Assembly (NCBI GenBank): GCA_963837425.1
Contig: CAWINH010000002.1
Span: forward strand, 129,500-193,499
Origin: an uncultured Chloroflexia bacterium
GTDB taxonomy: Bacteria; Chloroflexota; Limnocylindria; QHBO01
DNA: 64,000 nucleotides
Reading direction: 5' to 3'
Within the stretch, counting starts at the first letter, position 1. Every line of letters begins with the position of its first letter. The notes below the pieces were generated by a model. It was not told where the DNA came from. It ran no database searches and worked only from the letters and a program-made list of their open reading frames with translations. Of this stretch, positions 10,315 through 20,407 are shown one piece after another. The position numbers were made by a program, and so were the translations under genes.

Positions 10315-12087
10315 ATGACACGCAGCGCGGTCCGCGGCCTCGGCATGGGTCTGGCCCTGATGCTTGCCTCCGGCTGCGGCGCGACCCCCCTGCCGTCAGG
10401 CAGCCCGACCCCGCGCGCATCGGCCACCGGCGCCGTGAGCAGCCGGCCGGCGCAGAGCGCGCCACCGCTCGACGACCCGGGCCAGCGGCCCGGGATCTGG
10501 TTCGGTCCGCTTGACCCGTGGTCCTGGGATCGCTTCGACCCGGGCTCGGGACCCCATGCCTTCGCGGACCTGTTCCCGGCGGATGCGCCATGGCCGCAGG
10601 TCGCCCATGCGGTCAACGTCTTTGGGCTGAACTCAAACTGGCTCGAGTTCTTCGGCAGCGACGCGGAGATTCGGCAGGCGATCAATGGGCTCCAGGCACG
10701 TGGAATCGCCCTGTGGACGGAGGCTGGGCAGCTCACCGAGACGGCTGCCTGCAATGCCTCCACCCTCGAGGGATTCTCCGGCGCGCCGCCCGCCCGCAGG
10801 GCCGCCGAGCGCGTGCGCGACCTCGGCGGCGTGCTCGCCACCTTCAAGCTCGAGCATGGCTTCGACGCCGCGACGTACTACGACGCCGCGTGCCGGATGA
10901 CGCCGCAGGAGATCGCCGACGACACGGTCCACACCGTGGAGGCGGTTCGGTCCGTGTTTCCGAACGTCGTCATTGGGAGCGTCGAAACGGCGAACCTCGA
11001 TCCGGACGCGGTGGCCTCGTGGCTCGACGCCTACCGGGCCGCCCTCGGCGAGGACCTCGGCTACTTCCACCTCGACGTGAATTTCACGATCCCGGACTGG
11101 GCGGCGCGTGCGAAGCAGATCCAGGACGTGGTCCATGCGCGCGGCGTCGAGTTCGGCATCATCTATACCGGCGACGAGGGCGACACCACGGACGCCGCCT
11201 GGCTGGCTCGCGCCGAGGAGCGGGCGGTGGAGTACGAGGTGGTCGCCGGTGGTCGCCCGGACCAGGTGGTGTTCCAGTCGTGGCAGCGCCATCCGGAAAC
11301 CCTCCTGCCCGAGACCCAGGCGGGCACCTTCACGAACCTCATAGCCCGATACCTGCGGCCCCGGACCACGCTCTCGGTGCAGCTCGACGGCGGGAGCGCG
11401 ACCGGCCGTCTGACGGCTGCGGACGGAACCGGCGTGGCCGATGCGGTGGTCGAGCTCAGCGCCCACCCCACCGGCGGGGCAGGCGTCCCGGGAACCTACC
11501 TGATCAAGGGGGTCGTCCCCGAGGGCGCCACGCAGGCCGACGTGGGCCTCCGCGTCAACACGGAGTGCGACTGCTCCGGCCCCGCGGAGCTTGCCCTGGA
11601 TGGCGTGAGCTACGTCCAGGCGAACGACTCGGGCGACCGCGTCCCGAACGGGACCTTCTCCGCCGGGTTCGATGGGTGGGGCGCCTGGGGGTCGGGTGCC
11701 TACGACCTCGTCGGAGCGGGGGCAGCCGCGGCCGTCCACATCACCGCCGCCGCCGGCCAGGACGTGGGCCTCAACTCAGGGTCGTTCGCCGTCTCGGCAG
11801 GAGCGACCTTCACCGTCACGTTCAAGGCCACCGTCGCCCCCGCCTCGGCCGGGCACGGCTATTTCGACGTCGTCTTCCTGGCCGGGGACACCGAGGTCAC
11901 TCGATTCAAGGTCGACCTCGCCGCGGCCGACCTGTCGCTCGGGCAGGTCCAGACGGACGCTGAGGGGCGGTTCCAGGTCGACCTCGCCAGCCTGCCTGCC
12001 GGTTCGCTCGAGGTCCATGCCTGGTATCCGGGGGATGACAGCCGGTGGCCGTCCATCGCGACCGCGACACAGGAGGTTCGACGATGA
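10315..12087 (+). CDS. Secreted lipoprotein of unknown function.
   Basis: Lipobox LASGC after a signal peptide, 590-606 aa, with a beta-rich C-terminus. No catalytic motif recognised. Confidence 0.55.
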   Translation: MTRSAVRGLGMGLALMLASGCGATPLPSGSPTPRASATGAVSSRPAQSAPPLDDPGQRPGIWFGPLDPWSWDRFDPGSGPHAFADLFPADAPWPQVAHAVNVFGLNSNWLEFFGSDAEIRQAINGLQARGIALWTEAGQLTETAACNASTLEGFSGAPPARRAAERVRDLGGVLATFKLEHGFDAATYYDAACRMTPQEIADDTVHTVEAVRSVFPNVVIGSVETANLDPDAVASWLDAYRAALGEDLGYFHLDVNFTIPDWAARAKQIQDVVHARGVEFGIIYTGDEGDTTDAAWLARAEERAVEYEVVAGGRPDQVVFQSWQRHPETLLPETQAGTFTNLIARYLRPRTTLSVQLDGGSATGRLTAADGTGVADAVVELSAHPTGGAGVPGTYLIKGVVPEGATQADVGLRVNTECDCSGPAELALDGVSYVQANDSGDRVPNGTFSAGFDGWGAWGSGAYDLVGAGAAAAVHITAAAGQDVGLNSGSFAVSAGATFTVTFKATVAPASAGHGYFDVVFLAGDTEVTRFKVDLAAADLSLGQVQTDAEGRFQVDLASLPAGSLEVHAWYPGDDSRWPSIATATQEVRR

Positions 12088-12272
12088 GCGAAGTGCGCGA
12101 TCCGGCGACCGGTCGTCGGCCTGGTGGTTCACGTGGTTGGCTTCCTGCTCAAGACGTCAAGTGCTGGTGAGCCAATGGGCGTCCTGGCTGACCTGCTCTA
12201 CAGAGCCAGGGCTCTCGGGCGATACAAGCGTTGTTGATTGACGGCGCACGAGGGACGATGTATACGTACATC

Positions 12273-12533
12273 ATGGAGCGCACGCAGATCTACCTCACCA
12301 CGGAAGAGGCAATCGCCCTGGACCGCGAGGCTCGCAAGCGTGGCCAGACGCGCTCGCACCTGATCCGGGAAGCCGTCGACAAGGCCTACGTGATTGGCCC
12401 CCAGCGCGAGGAGCTGCTCGGGGCGCTGGACGCGTCGTTCGGGGCCTGGAAGGGCCGCCGCGAGACGGGCGAGGAGTACGTCGACCGGATTCGCGCCAGG
12501 GATCGCCTGGCTGAGCGCGGGGAGGACGGGTGA
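12273..12533 (+). CDS. vapB: Ribbon-helix-helix antitoxin, VapB/CopG-like.
   Basis: MERTQIYLTTEEAIALDREARKRGQTRSHLIREAV. It overlaps the downstream PIN gene by 4 nt. Confidence 0.7.
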   Translation: MERTQIYLTTEEAIALDREARKRGQTRSHLIREAVDKAYVIGPQREELLGALDASFGAWKGRRETGEEYVDRIRARDRLAERGEDG

Positions 12534-12910
12534 GGGTCGTCCTCGATTCATCGGTCTTGATCGACCAGCTGCGCGGGGACGAGCGGGCGGGGGATGTTCT
12601 GCGCCGGCATGCGTCCGCCGGCGACGAGCTGTGGGGCGTGGTCGTCAGCCGCTCCGAGGTCCTGGCGGGGATGCGAGCGGGCGAGCGGCGGCCGACCGTG
12701 CGCCTGCTGGACCAGCTGCGCTGGCTGGAGGTGGATGTCGAGCTGGCCGATGCCGCGGGCGAGCTAGCGCGCCGGCATCGGCGCGCGTTCGCGGGGGTTG
12801 GGCTGGCGGACTACGTCATCGCGGCCGGCGTCGAACATCTGGGTGCTCGCCTGCTGACCCGCAATGTCCGGCACTTCCCGATGATCCCCGACCTCGCGCC
12901 GGCCTACTGA
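12530..12910 (+). CDS. vapC: PIN-domain toxin VapC.
   Basis: MRVVLDSSVLIDQLRGDE...TRNVRHF, 126 aa. Confidence 0.8.
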   Translation: MRVVLDSSVLIDQLRGDERAGDVLRRHASAGDELWGVVVSRSEVLAGMRAGERRPTVRLLDQLRWLEVDVELADAAGELARRHRRAFAGVGLADYVIAAGVEHLGARLLTRNVRHFPMIPDLAPAY

Positions 12911-12940
12911 GAGCGCAGACAGCGAATAGGACGGCGCCGG

Positions 12941-13483
12941 TCAGCAATCGAACACGAACCAGCACAGCTCGTTGCGCAACCGCTCGTCGTCGAGCACGAG
13001 GTCGCGGATCTCAGCGGGGAGCTGGGCGCGCTGCCACCTGCACTCCAGCCGCCCGGCCTCCTCGCGCTCGTCTTGCGCCGCAGCAGCCTGCGCCGCAGCA
13101 GCCTGCGCGGCCCTGATCGCATAGGCCGCGGCACCGAGTTCGTGAGCGGCCACATGACCGACCGCCGCGGCCTGGCCGGCGGCGTAGGCGGCATGCCGTG
13201 GTGCCCCACGCAGGTCCCGGGCGGCGGCGTTCGCATGGCCTGCCGCGGTGCGCGCCTCCCACCAGGAGATCTCACCCCGCGCCCAGGCCCGCCCGAGGTC
13301 GATCGCGCGTCGCGGACGGTCATCCTCCGGCCGCGCTTCCTCGAAGTGGCGGAGCACATGCTCCGCGCAGTCGGCCGCCCAGATCGCCAGCCGGTGATGG
13401 TCGTCGTCGGTGAGGCTGCCGCCGCGGCGGATGGTGATGAACCGTGGATCGCGGATCTTGGGGAGGATCATCAGCCTGCCCAT
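12941..13483 (-). CDS. Hypothetical Ala-rich helical protein, possibly immunity-protein-like.
   Basis: 180-aa ORF with no recognised motif. The immunity-like assignment is speculative. Confidence 0.4.
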   Translation of the reverse strand: MGRLMILPKIRDPRFITIRRGGSLTDDDHHRLAIWAADCAEHVLRHFEEARPEDDRPRRAIDLGRAWARGEISWWEARTAAGHANAAARDLRGAPRHAAYAAGQAAAVGHVAAHELGAAAYAIRAAQAAAAQAAAAQDEREEAGRLECRWQRAQLPAEIRDLVLDDERLRNELCWFVFDC

Positions 13484-13595
13484 CGGCGAAGGATGCGCGC
13501 CGCGTCAAGCGCAGGCTCCGGAGCATGGGGCCCTTGACCTCCCCGCGGTTCGTGCGGATGATCGCCGCGCCGGCAGCTGATGATGGGAGGGTGGC

Positions 13596-13841
13596 GTGAC
13601 GATCCGCAACGTGTTGCTCCTGGCCGCAGTGGTCTTCTTCGTGGTCGCCTTCTTCGTGATGTCGGATGGCTGCCTTGGGTACGAAACCAGTCTCGGCGGG
13701 GACCGCTCCTGCATCGACCCGTCCGGCGTGGGGCAGATCGTCAGCCAGGCCGCGCACCTGCTGTTCGCGGGCCTCGCGATCCTCTCGGCGGCACTCGTTG
13801 ATCACGATGCGCTGTTCGGGAGGGACGAGCCGGCCAGCTGA
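13596..13841 (+). CDS. Small hydrophobic protein.
   Basis: 81 aa with two predicted TM helices. Weak support. Confidence 0.3.
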   Translation: MTIRNVLLLAAVVFFVVAFFVMSDGCLGYETSLGGDRSCIDPSGVGQIVSQAAHLLFAGLAILSAALVDHDALFGRDEPAS

Positions 13842-13857
13842 GCCGGGATGGGCTGAC

Positions 13858-14215
13858 GCTTCGCGAGCGTTGGCGTCCGGTCCGATGTGCGCCCAGTGAA
13901 CGCATCGGACACCGAACCCCCCGTATCAGGCCCGAATGTCACGCCTCGTGCACATTTCGGCCGTCCAAGCCCTGATTTCAGCCCTCCGATGTCCGATGTG
14001 CACGCCTGGCGCACACGCACGGCAGGCACGCTTCGCGAGCGTCGGAGTCCTGGCCGATGTGCGCCCAGTGAACGCATCGGACACCGAACCCTCGGTTTGA
14101 GGCCTGAATGTCACGCCTCGTGCACATCTCGGCCGTCTAGGCCCCGATTTCAGCCCTCCGATGTCCGATGTGCACACCTGGTGCACACGTGGTGCGCGAC
14201 CGCCACGGCTGGATG
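13858..14215. repeat. MITE-like element family A, two tandem copies of about 180 bp.
   Basis: Unit 13858-14030 is about 90% identical to unit 14031-14215. Imperfect terminal inverted repeats: gtgcgcccagtgaacgcatcggacaccgaa ... ccgatgtccgatgtgcacgcctggcgcacacgc. Related copies are at 28.0, 30.3 and 32.2 kb. Confidence 0.75.
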
Positions 14216-14304
14216 CTCCCGGACCTGGAGCCCTGCCCGAAGGTTGGCGGCTCCCGGAGTTTGGCGGCTCCCGGAGTTTGGCGGCTGAGGCGTAGGCTTG
14301 GCCG

Positions 14305-14673
14305 ATGCGGCTCCTGCCGGCGCTCCTGACCCTCACCGCAATCGTCTCGCTGGGATATGCGCTGGCGACCCTCGTGGCGCCGGGCTTCATGCGCGACATC
14401 TCCGCCGCGCCGAGCGAGGACGCCTGGCTCCGCTACCAGCTGCCGCTCTACATCGGCCTGGCGATCGTCAGCCTGGCCGCCGCCCGCGACCTGGTGCCGA
14501 CGCCGGGCGTGGTGTGGGGGATCGCCGTCGTGTGGGCGGGGCTCTTCGCGGTGCTCGTCATCAACCTGGCCACCGGCGACGAGCCGTGGAGCGCGCTCGT
14601 CGTCTTCCGGCTCGTCTTCGATCCGGGGATGGCGTTGGCGATCGGGGGCGCGCAGCTCCTGCGCGAGGACTGA
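14305..14673 (+). CDS. Small membrane protein, paralog of the protein at 8289..8663.
   Basis: 122 aa, sharing ...RDxSAAPSE...LAAARDxVPxxGVVWGIxVVWAGLFxVLV... Confidence 0.5.
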   Translation: MRLLPALLTLTAIVSLGYALATLVAPGFMRDISAAPSEDAWLRYQLPLYIGLAIVSLAAARDLVPTPGVVWGIAVVWAGLFAVLVINLATGDEPWSALVVFRLVFDPGMALAIGGAQLLRED

Positions 14674-14733
14674 CGCGCGGGCGCACGCGGAACGGCGGAA
14701 CGACTGACGGGTTGCGACACGAGAGCTGTCGCG

Positions 14734-15021
14734 ATGGCGATTCAGGATGACGCCATGGACACGAACCGATGGATCGATTTCGAGCTCGCCGTCGCCGCAC
14801 TGGGTGCCGCGGTTCGCGTTCGGATCCGCGACGTCGAGGAGCGCTGGGTGGCATCGGTCCAGTACGGCCCATCCGTGACCGATGGACTGGGCGCGACCGC
14901 CCGGCAGGCGCTGATGGCCGCGCTCGCGCCGCTCGGCGCGCGGGCCACCGCCGCGGTGATGGCCGAGCCGGCGATGTTCGGCGCCAGCGCCCGGCTCCGG
15001 CAGGTTCAGGCGAATGGCTGA
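14734..15021 (+). CDS. Hypothetical small protein.
   Basis: 95-aa ORF. Weak support. Confidence 0.3.
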   Translation: MAIQDDAMDTNRWIDFELAVAALGAAVRVRIRDVEERWVASVQYGPSVTDGLGATARQALMAALAPLGARATAAVMAEPAMFGASARLRQVQANG

Positions 15022-15049
15022 GGACATTCCCACGCAGTAGCATCTGCTC

Positions 15050-15913
15050 GTGACCTTCCGTCGGGGCGCCCGGCTGGATCCGGGGCAGGTGCGCGACCTC
15101 CGGGGACGCGGCGGGCTGGCGATGGGCGGCGGCATCGTGGGTGTCGCCGCGCTCGTCATCTACCTGTTGGTGGGCGGGGACCCGGGCCAGCTGCCGCTCG
15201 ACCAGCTGATCAACATCCAGGTCGGCACCGGCTCCGGCCAGACCTCGGACCTCTCCCAGTGCCAGACCGGCGAGGACGCGAACAATCGCGACGACTGCCG
15301 GATCGTGGGCTACGTGAACTCCGTCCAGGCCTACTGGAGCAGCGAGCTGACGAACTACGAGCTGGCGCCCACCACGTTCTTCTCCGGCTCCACCGCCACC
15401 GGGTGCGGGACCGCCACGAGCGACGTCGGGCCCTTCTACTGCCCGGCCGATGCGAGCGTGTACATCGACCTGGGCTTCTTCGACGACCTGCAGTCCCGCT
15501 TCGGCGCCGAGGGCGGTCCCTTCGCGGAGGCCTACGTCATCGCCCACGAGTACGGCCACCACGCCCAGGACCTGATGGGCACCCTGGACCAGGGAGGCAG
15601 CCAGTCCGGGGCGACGTCGACATCGGTCCGTATTGAGCTCCAGGCGGACTGCTATGCCGGGGTCTGGGCCACCAATGCCGTGGATACCGGCTACCTCGAG
15701 CCGATCTCGCAGGATCAGGTGGCCCAGGCGCTCGACGCGGCGGCAGCGGTGGGGGACGACCGCATCCAGGCCAGCACCGGTGGCCAGGTGAACCCCGAGA
15801 CGTGGACCCACGGCTCATCGGCCCAGCGGCAGGAGTGGTTCGGGTGGGGGATGGTCCACGGCACCCCCGGCGCCTGCGACACGTTCAGCGGAGACCTCTC
15901 TCCGGGCGCTTAG
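15050..15913 (+). CDS. Putative neutral zinc metallopeptidase, YpfJ-like.
   Basis: N-terminal TM helix and an HEYGHH zinc-binding motif. The overall pattern matches YpfJ / Zn_peptidase_2. Confidence 0.75.
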   Translation: MTFRRGARLDPGQVRDLRGRGGLAMGGGIVGVAALVIYLLVGGDPGQLPLDQLINIQVGTGSGQTSDLSQCQTGEDANNRDDCRIVGYVNSVQAYWSSELTNYELAPTTFFSGSTATGCGTATSDVGPFYCPADASVYIDLGFFDDLQSRFGAEGGPFAEAYVIAHEYGHHAQDLMGTLDQGGSQSGATSTSVRIELQADCYAGVWATNAVDTGYLEPISQDQVAQALDAAAAVGDDRIQASTGGQVNPETWTHGSSAQRQEWFGWGMVHGTPGACDTFSGDLSPGA

Positions 15914-16028
15914 CGGTCCGCGGGCGGTGCGTGCACGCGCCACAGAGGCGCCCAGGGTCATGGCCACGGCGTGGGCCAGTCCATAGAATGGAGCCGCTGC
16001 CCACCTCCGGACTGAATCCGCACGAGGT

Positions 16029-17504
16029 GTGACCACAGCCATGCTCCGCCGTTTCTCCTCCATCGTCGCCGCCCTCGCCCTGCTCGCCTCCACGGCGCAG
16101 CTGGCATCCGCCGCCACCAGCATCGGTACGGTGGTCAGCGCGAGCAACGACTCGGTCACGAACAACGAGATCACGATCGCGCTGAACCCCACGAAGCCGA
16201 GCAACGTGATCATCGGCTACAACGACTGCAACCTGAACGAGGGCTGCGGCATGAGCTACTCCACCGACGGTGGGCAGACGTGGGCGCCGCACTCGTTCAT
16301 CCCGGGCATCACCCGCTACGACAACGACGGTGACACCTACGAGGGCGCCGGCATCTACGACTTCGCCGGCGACCCGGCCGTCACCTTCGGGCCGGATGGG
16401 ACCGCCTACTTCGCCTGCTACGGCTACCTGTACGCAAACGCCGCCGCCCCGAAGGGCGGGGTGGCGCTCTTCGTCTCGCGCTCGACGGATGGCGGCCTGA
16501 CCTGGGGCGCGCCGGTCAAGCTCGACACGTTCACCGGACCCGGCAACGGGAACGGCGTGAACAAGGGCAGCAACGGCCAGTTCCCCGACCACGACGCGAT
16601 CGCCGCCGACACCTGGGCCGGTAGCCCGTTCGAGGGCTCCGTCTACGTCGCCCAGGCGCAGTTCCACGGAAACACCAAGGGCGTCATCACCCTCTTTGCC
16701 TCGCACGATGGCGGCGTGACCTGGTCCAAGCCGGTCACCGTCAGTTCCGGTCGCCAGTACGCGAACCAGGACGCCCACCCGTTCGTGGGTCCGGACGGAT
16801 CGGTCTATGTCTCGTTCGACACCCAGCAGGGTGGGACCGCCAAGAGTCCCCTCAGCATCCGAATCGCCAAGTCCACGGATGGCGGAGCCACCTTCGGACC
16901 CAGCTACACGGTGGCGAAGATGGTCGATCCGGTCCTGAGCGACCTGCCGAACAGTGATTACCGGGCGGGCAGCTACCCGGCGTCGGGGATCGATGCCGCG
17001 GGGCGCATCACGGTCGCCTGGAACGATCGTCGCGGCGGCGGCGCGTCGAACATGTGGTACACCCGTGCCCAGAGCTCGGACCTCACGACCTGGACCGCTC
17101 CGGTGCAGCTCAAGCAGAGCGAGGGCGAGCAGTTCTTCCCGTGGGTGAGCACCGCGCCGAACGGCCGGGTGGACATCGTCTACTACGACCGGACCCGAGA
17201 CCCGAGCGACGTGCTGAACTACGTGACCTACTCACGCCTGGATCCGACGTCGGCGACCGGCCTCGGAGTGACAGCGACGAGCTACGGTGACTGGAGCCCC
17301 GCCTTCAACGGCAACGCCGATGGCGGCCAGACGACGACGAGCTGCACGCCGTTCATCGGGGATTACATCGGGGTCGCCTCGGATGACACGCAGGTCTACC
17401 TGGGCTGGACCGGGAACGGGCCGTCGAACCACCACGACGCGTTTGGGAACGACACGACCTGCGACGTGAACCAGGACGCTTTGACCGTGGCGATCGCGCC
17501 GTAG
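16029..17504 (+). CDS. Secreted BNR/Asp-box repeat protein, sialidase or glycosyl-hydrolase-like beta-propeller.
   Basis: Signal peptide plus four S-x-D-G-G-x-T-W/F repeats (STDGGQTW, STDGGLTW, SHDGGVTW, STDGGATF). Confidence 0.75.
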   Translation: MTTAMLRRFSSIVAALALLASTAQLASAATSIGTVVSASNDSVTNNEITIALNPTKPSNVIIGYNDCNLNEGCGMSYSTDGGQTWAPHSFIPGITRYDNDGDTYEGAGIYDFAGDPAVTFGPDGTAYFACYGYLYANAAAPKGGVALFVSRSTDGGLTWGAPVKLDTFTGPGNGNGVNKGSNGQFPDHDAIAADTWAGSPFEGSVYVAQAQFHGNTKGVITLFASHDGGVTWSKPVTVSSGRQYANQDAHPFVGPDGSVYVSFDTQQGGTAKSPLSIRIAKSTDGGATFGPSYTVAKMVDPVLSDLPNSDYRAGSYPASGIDAAGRITVAWNDRRGGGASNMWYTRAQSSDLTTWTAPVQLKQSEGEQFFPWVSTAPNGRVDIVYYDRTRDPSDVLNYVTYSRLDPTSATGLGVTATSYGDWSPAFNGNADGGQTTTSCTPFIGDYIGVASDDTQVYLGWTGNGPSNHHDAFGNDTTCDVNQDALTVAIAP

Positions 17505-17550
17505 GCGAGCCGGTGGGCGGCGGCCTCGGGCCTGGTGTCTGAGCCGCCGC

Positions 17551-19177
17551 CTAGCGCACCAGGGCCTCGATCACCTCCTCGGCCGCGCGCTCGCTCTGCC
17601 GGTCGCCGCTGACCGCGCAGACGAAGGCGATTCGATCGAGGGTCAGGGTCTCGAGATCCGTGGCGGCCATCACCCCCGCGGTGCGCGGCACGTCCCGGAG
17701 CAGCGCGAACTCCCCGAACGACTCGCCTGCCCGGTCCAGGCGGGCCACCACCCGCGGGCCGACTCGGACCTCGACGGCGCCCGATTCGATGATGTAGAAG
17801 CGGTCGCCCACGTCGCCCTGCCTGATGACGGCGTCGCCGGCCGTGAAGTGCATCGGCACGAGGTCGGCGGCCAGCTGCTCGAGGACGGTCATCGGCAGCA
17901 CGCGCAGCATGGGCACCGCGCGGAGGAGCGCCAGCTCGCGCTCCGGGATCACCGCCTGCCGATCGGCGGCGACCATCGCCCGCCAACCGATGATGGCCGC
18001 GGCCGGCAGGAAGGCCCCGGTCGCGATCCACGCCCCGCGCACCCCGAGCGCGCTGACCAGGGCGGGCGCCAACGCCGAGCCAATGCCCACCGTCAGCATG
18101 ACGAGCGACTCGAGGACGGCGAAGACCCGGCCCCGGACCGCGTTCGGGACGATCCGCTGCATGAGCGAGAAGCCGGCGACGTCGACGAGCGCGTTGCCGA
18201 CGCCCACCGCCGCCAGCGCGACGAGCCCGACCCACGCGACCGGGGACGAGCCCGACCACGAGGATCGGCAGGCCCCAGAGGAGGAGGCCGCCAAACAGCC
18301 CCGGCGCCAGGCGGCTGCGGCCCACCAGCACCACCGTCGCGAGCGCGCCGAACAGGGCGCCGGCGCCAATCGCGGCATTGAGGTAGCCGACCCCTTGCTG
18401 TCCCATGTCGAGCATCTCCACGGCACCCGCCACGATGAGCACGCTCAGGATCCCGCGCACCAGGGTCTGCGAAGCGAAGAGGCCCAGGAGTTCGCCGACG
18501 TGGGGAACCTGGACCGATGCGCGCAGGCCGCCGAAGAGCGTGTCGGCCACGTTCCCGTGGGGTGGCGGTCGCAGCGGGCGCGCCGGGCGGGCCCTGCTGA
18601 TGCTGAGGACCGCGATCCCCACCAATGCCGCGGGCGCCGCGAAGGCGAGCGGGGTGCTGCCGGTCGCCACCAGCGCCCCGCCCAGCACCGGGCCGCCCAG
18701 GATCCCGATCGACTCGACGGTGCTCGACGCCACGTTGGCGCCCACCAGCTCGTCCGGCGCGCGGGCCAGGGAGGGGAGCATCGACATGTAGGCCGGCCGA
18801 CGGAGGACGGCCAGCAGCCCGTCCACCGAGGCGATGACGTAGACGACGATCGGCGGCCAGCCAAGGATCGCGGCGAGCGTCGCCGAGCTGAGGAGCAGGC
18901 ACCGACCGGAGTTGACGGCGAGGAGGACCCGGCGGCGGGAGAATCGGTCCGTGACCGTCCCGAGCGCCGGAGCCAGGATGCCGGCCGGGAGGTTCCGCGC
19001 CAGGCCCACCAGGCCCACCACCCCCAGCCCGCCGGCGTCGTAGGCGTACACGTAGAGGGCCACCAGCCAGGCCCACTCGGCCGCATTGCCGGCCATCCAG
19101 GCCAGCAGCGCCCGCGCGATCTCCGGGTTGCGGACCACCCGGCCCATGGCCGCCAGTGCTTCCCGGAGACCCTCCAT
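17551..19177 (-). CDS. MFS transporter fused to a C-terminal cyclic-nucleotide-binding domain. There is an apparent 1-nt frameshift near 18240.
   Basis: The N-terminal 330 aa or so of ORF 17396..19279 are MFS TM helices. ORF 17551..18426 in another frame continues with MFS TM10-12 and a cNMP-binding domain (GESFGEFALL...). The junction is at ctcgtccccggtcgcgtgg. Confidence 0.6.
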
Positions 19178-19351
19178 ACCGACTCTCAGGCTAGTCGCCC
19201 GGGCAATCAGGCGGCCCGATGTGACGCGGGCGGCCTGGCCGAAGCTCGGCGTGGGCGCCGCACGCCGGCGCCAACGCACGGGGTGCAGGGTCGAGCTCGA
19301 TCGCCCAAGAGCCGGCGATCACGCTCTGAGGCTGGGGTATCGTGGTCGGCC

Positions 19352-20050
19352 ATGAATCGGCCGGCAGACGACCGGGCAGCCGCGGAGTCCCTGGTCGCGA
19401 GTATCACGGCCTCCGTCCGAGCATGGTCGGAGTCAGATTCCCACGACCCGGGCGTCACGCTGCTGGAGGTCCTCGCGTATGCGGCCGACGCGCTCTCCGC
19501 GTACCAGGATCGCGTGGCCGGCGAGGCGTCCATCGGCACCGGGCGGCGGTTGTCGCAACTTCGCGTCGAGTGTGATGGTGAACGCTGGCTGGAGGTCGCG
19601 AGCCTGGACGGATCCGGACCGGATGATCCCCACTACGTCGTGAGCGCTGCGGAGGACGGGGCGACGATCATCCAGTTCGGCGACGGCGAGCACGGCCGGC
19701 GCCCCGCGTCCGATGGGACGCTGCAGGTCGCCTATCGCCGCGGTTCGGGGTTCACATCGGTCCTGGTCCAGGAGGGGAGGGTCGTGATCGATGCGGACTG
19801 GAATGCGCCCGCCGAGCCTGCGCTCTGTGGGATCTACCGTGCGCGAGTGCTCGATGCCAGCGACCCGACCGGGAAGGGGCGTCTTCAGGTCCAGATCCCG
19901 GCGGTCTCCGGCTCGCCGTCGGGTTGGGCCGCCCGCTGCGTCCCGGCGGGTGCTTCGGCGGACCTGCCGGCAGTCGGCGACCTAGTGTGGGTGGCCTTCG
20001 AGGCCTGCGATCCGAACTACCCGGTCTGGCTTGGCCGATTGGTCCCCTGA
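19352..20050 (+). CDS. Phage or contractile-injection-system spike/baseplate-like protein with a gpV-type OB-fold at the C-terminus.
   Basis: C-terminus GKGRLQVQIPAVSG...WAARCVPAGAS...AVGDLVWVAFEACDPNYPVWLG resembles P2 gpV (Phage_base_V). N-terminus has a baseplate-like motif (GVTLLEVLAYAADALSAYQDRVAGEA). It lies in the same frame as the long antisense ORF 17825..20050. Confidence 0.5.
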   Translation: MNRPADDRAAAESLVASITASVRAWSESDSHDPGVTLLEVLAYAADALSAYQDRVAGEASIGTGRRLSQLRVECDGERWLEVASLDGSGPDDPHYVVSAAEDGATIIQFGDGEHGRRPASDGTLQVAYRRGSGFTSVLVQEGRVVIDADWNAPAEPALCGIYRARVLDASDPTGKGRLQVQIPAVSGSPSGWAARCVPAGASADLPAVGDLVWVAFEACDPNYPVWLGRLVP

Positions 20051-20090
20051 CGAGGGAGCTCTCCGTTCTTCCCGACGCGTGGCGGCCCGA

Positions 20091-20236
20091 CTGCTCAACC
20101 GCGCTTGCAGGGAGCCTTATCCGGGTGGAATGCGCAGATCGCCCCCGACGTGTCGGCCGCCCACGCTCAACCGGCGCCGTCCTCCCGCGCTCGACGGCGC
20201 GCTGAGCTGGATAAGGTGCAGGGCATGAGCGGTTGG
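20091..20236. repeat. MITE-like element family B, about 150 bp.
   Basis: Terminal inverted repeats tcaaccgcgctt ... atgagcggttg, and internal inverted repeat gagccttatccgggtgga / gagctggataaggtgc. Confidence 0.65.
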
Positions 20237-20407
20237 GGATTGAACGGCCGCTTTGGCTCCCTGGGTACTCAACCGAGCCTCCCAGGAGCGCAATCCAGGA
20301 GCGCAATTCCCGCTGAGGCCGGCGTCCGCGGGGAGCACTACCACCACGCCCGCTCGGGGGCGACCGATAGGCGGGGGCGCGGCGCGCACCGTAAGATCGC
20401 GGACCGG

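Noticed and set aside
13887-14288. ORFs lying within MITE-A and MITE-B copies, for example 13887..14288, 28052..28249, 30109..30357, 32014..32319 and 24242..24433.
   Set aside because: They are repeated nearly verbatim at several loci with no protein-like composition, so they are translation artefacts of the dispersed repeats.
17825-20050. A 741-aa ORF on the plus strand. Other very long antisense ORFs show the same pattern, for example 30390..32246, 7703..8845, 10518..11963, 58962..61244, 61508..63340 and 54246..56201.
   Set aside because: They are antisense or out of frame relative to genes with clear domain content. Their composition is Arg/Pro/Gly-rich, which is typical of high-GC shadow ORFs. 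Only the 19352-20050 portion of the 17825..20050 ORF looks real.
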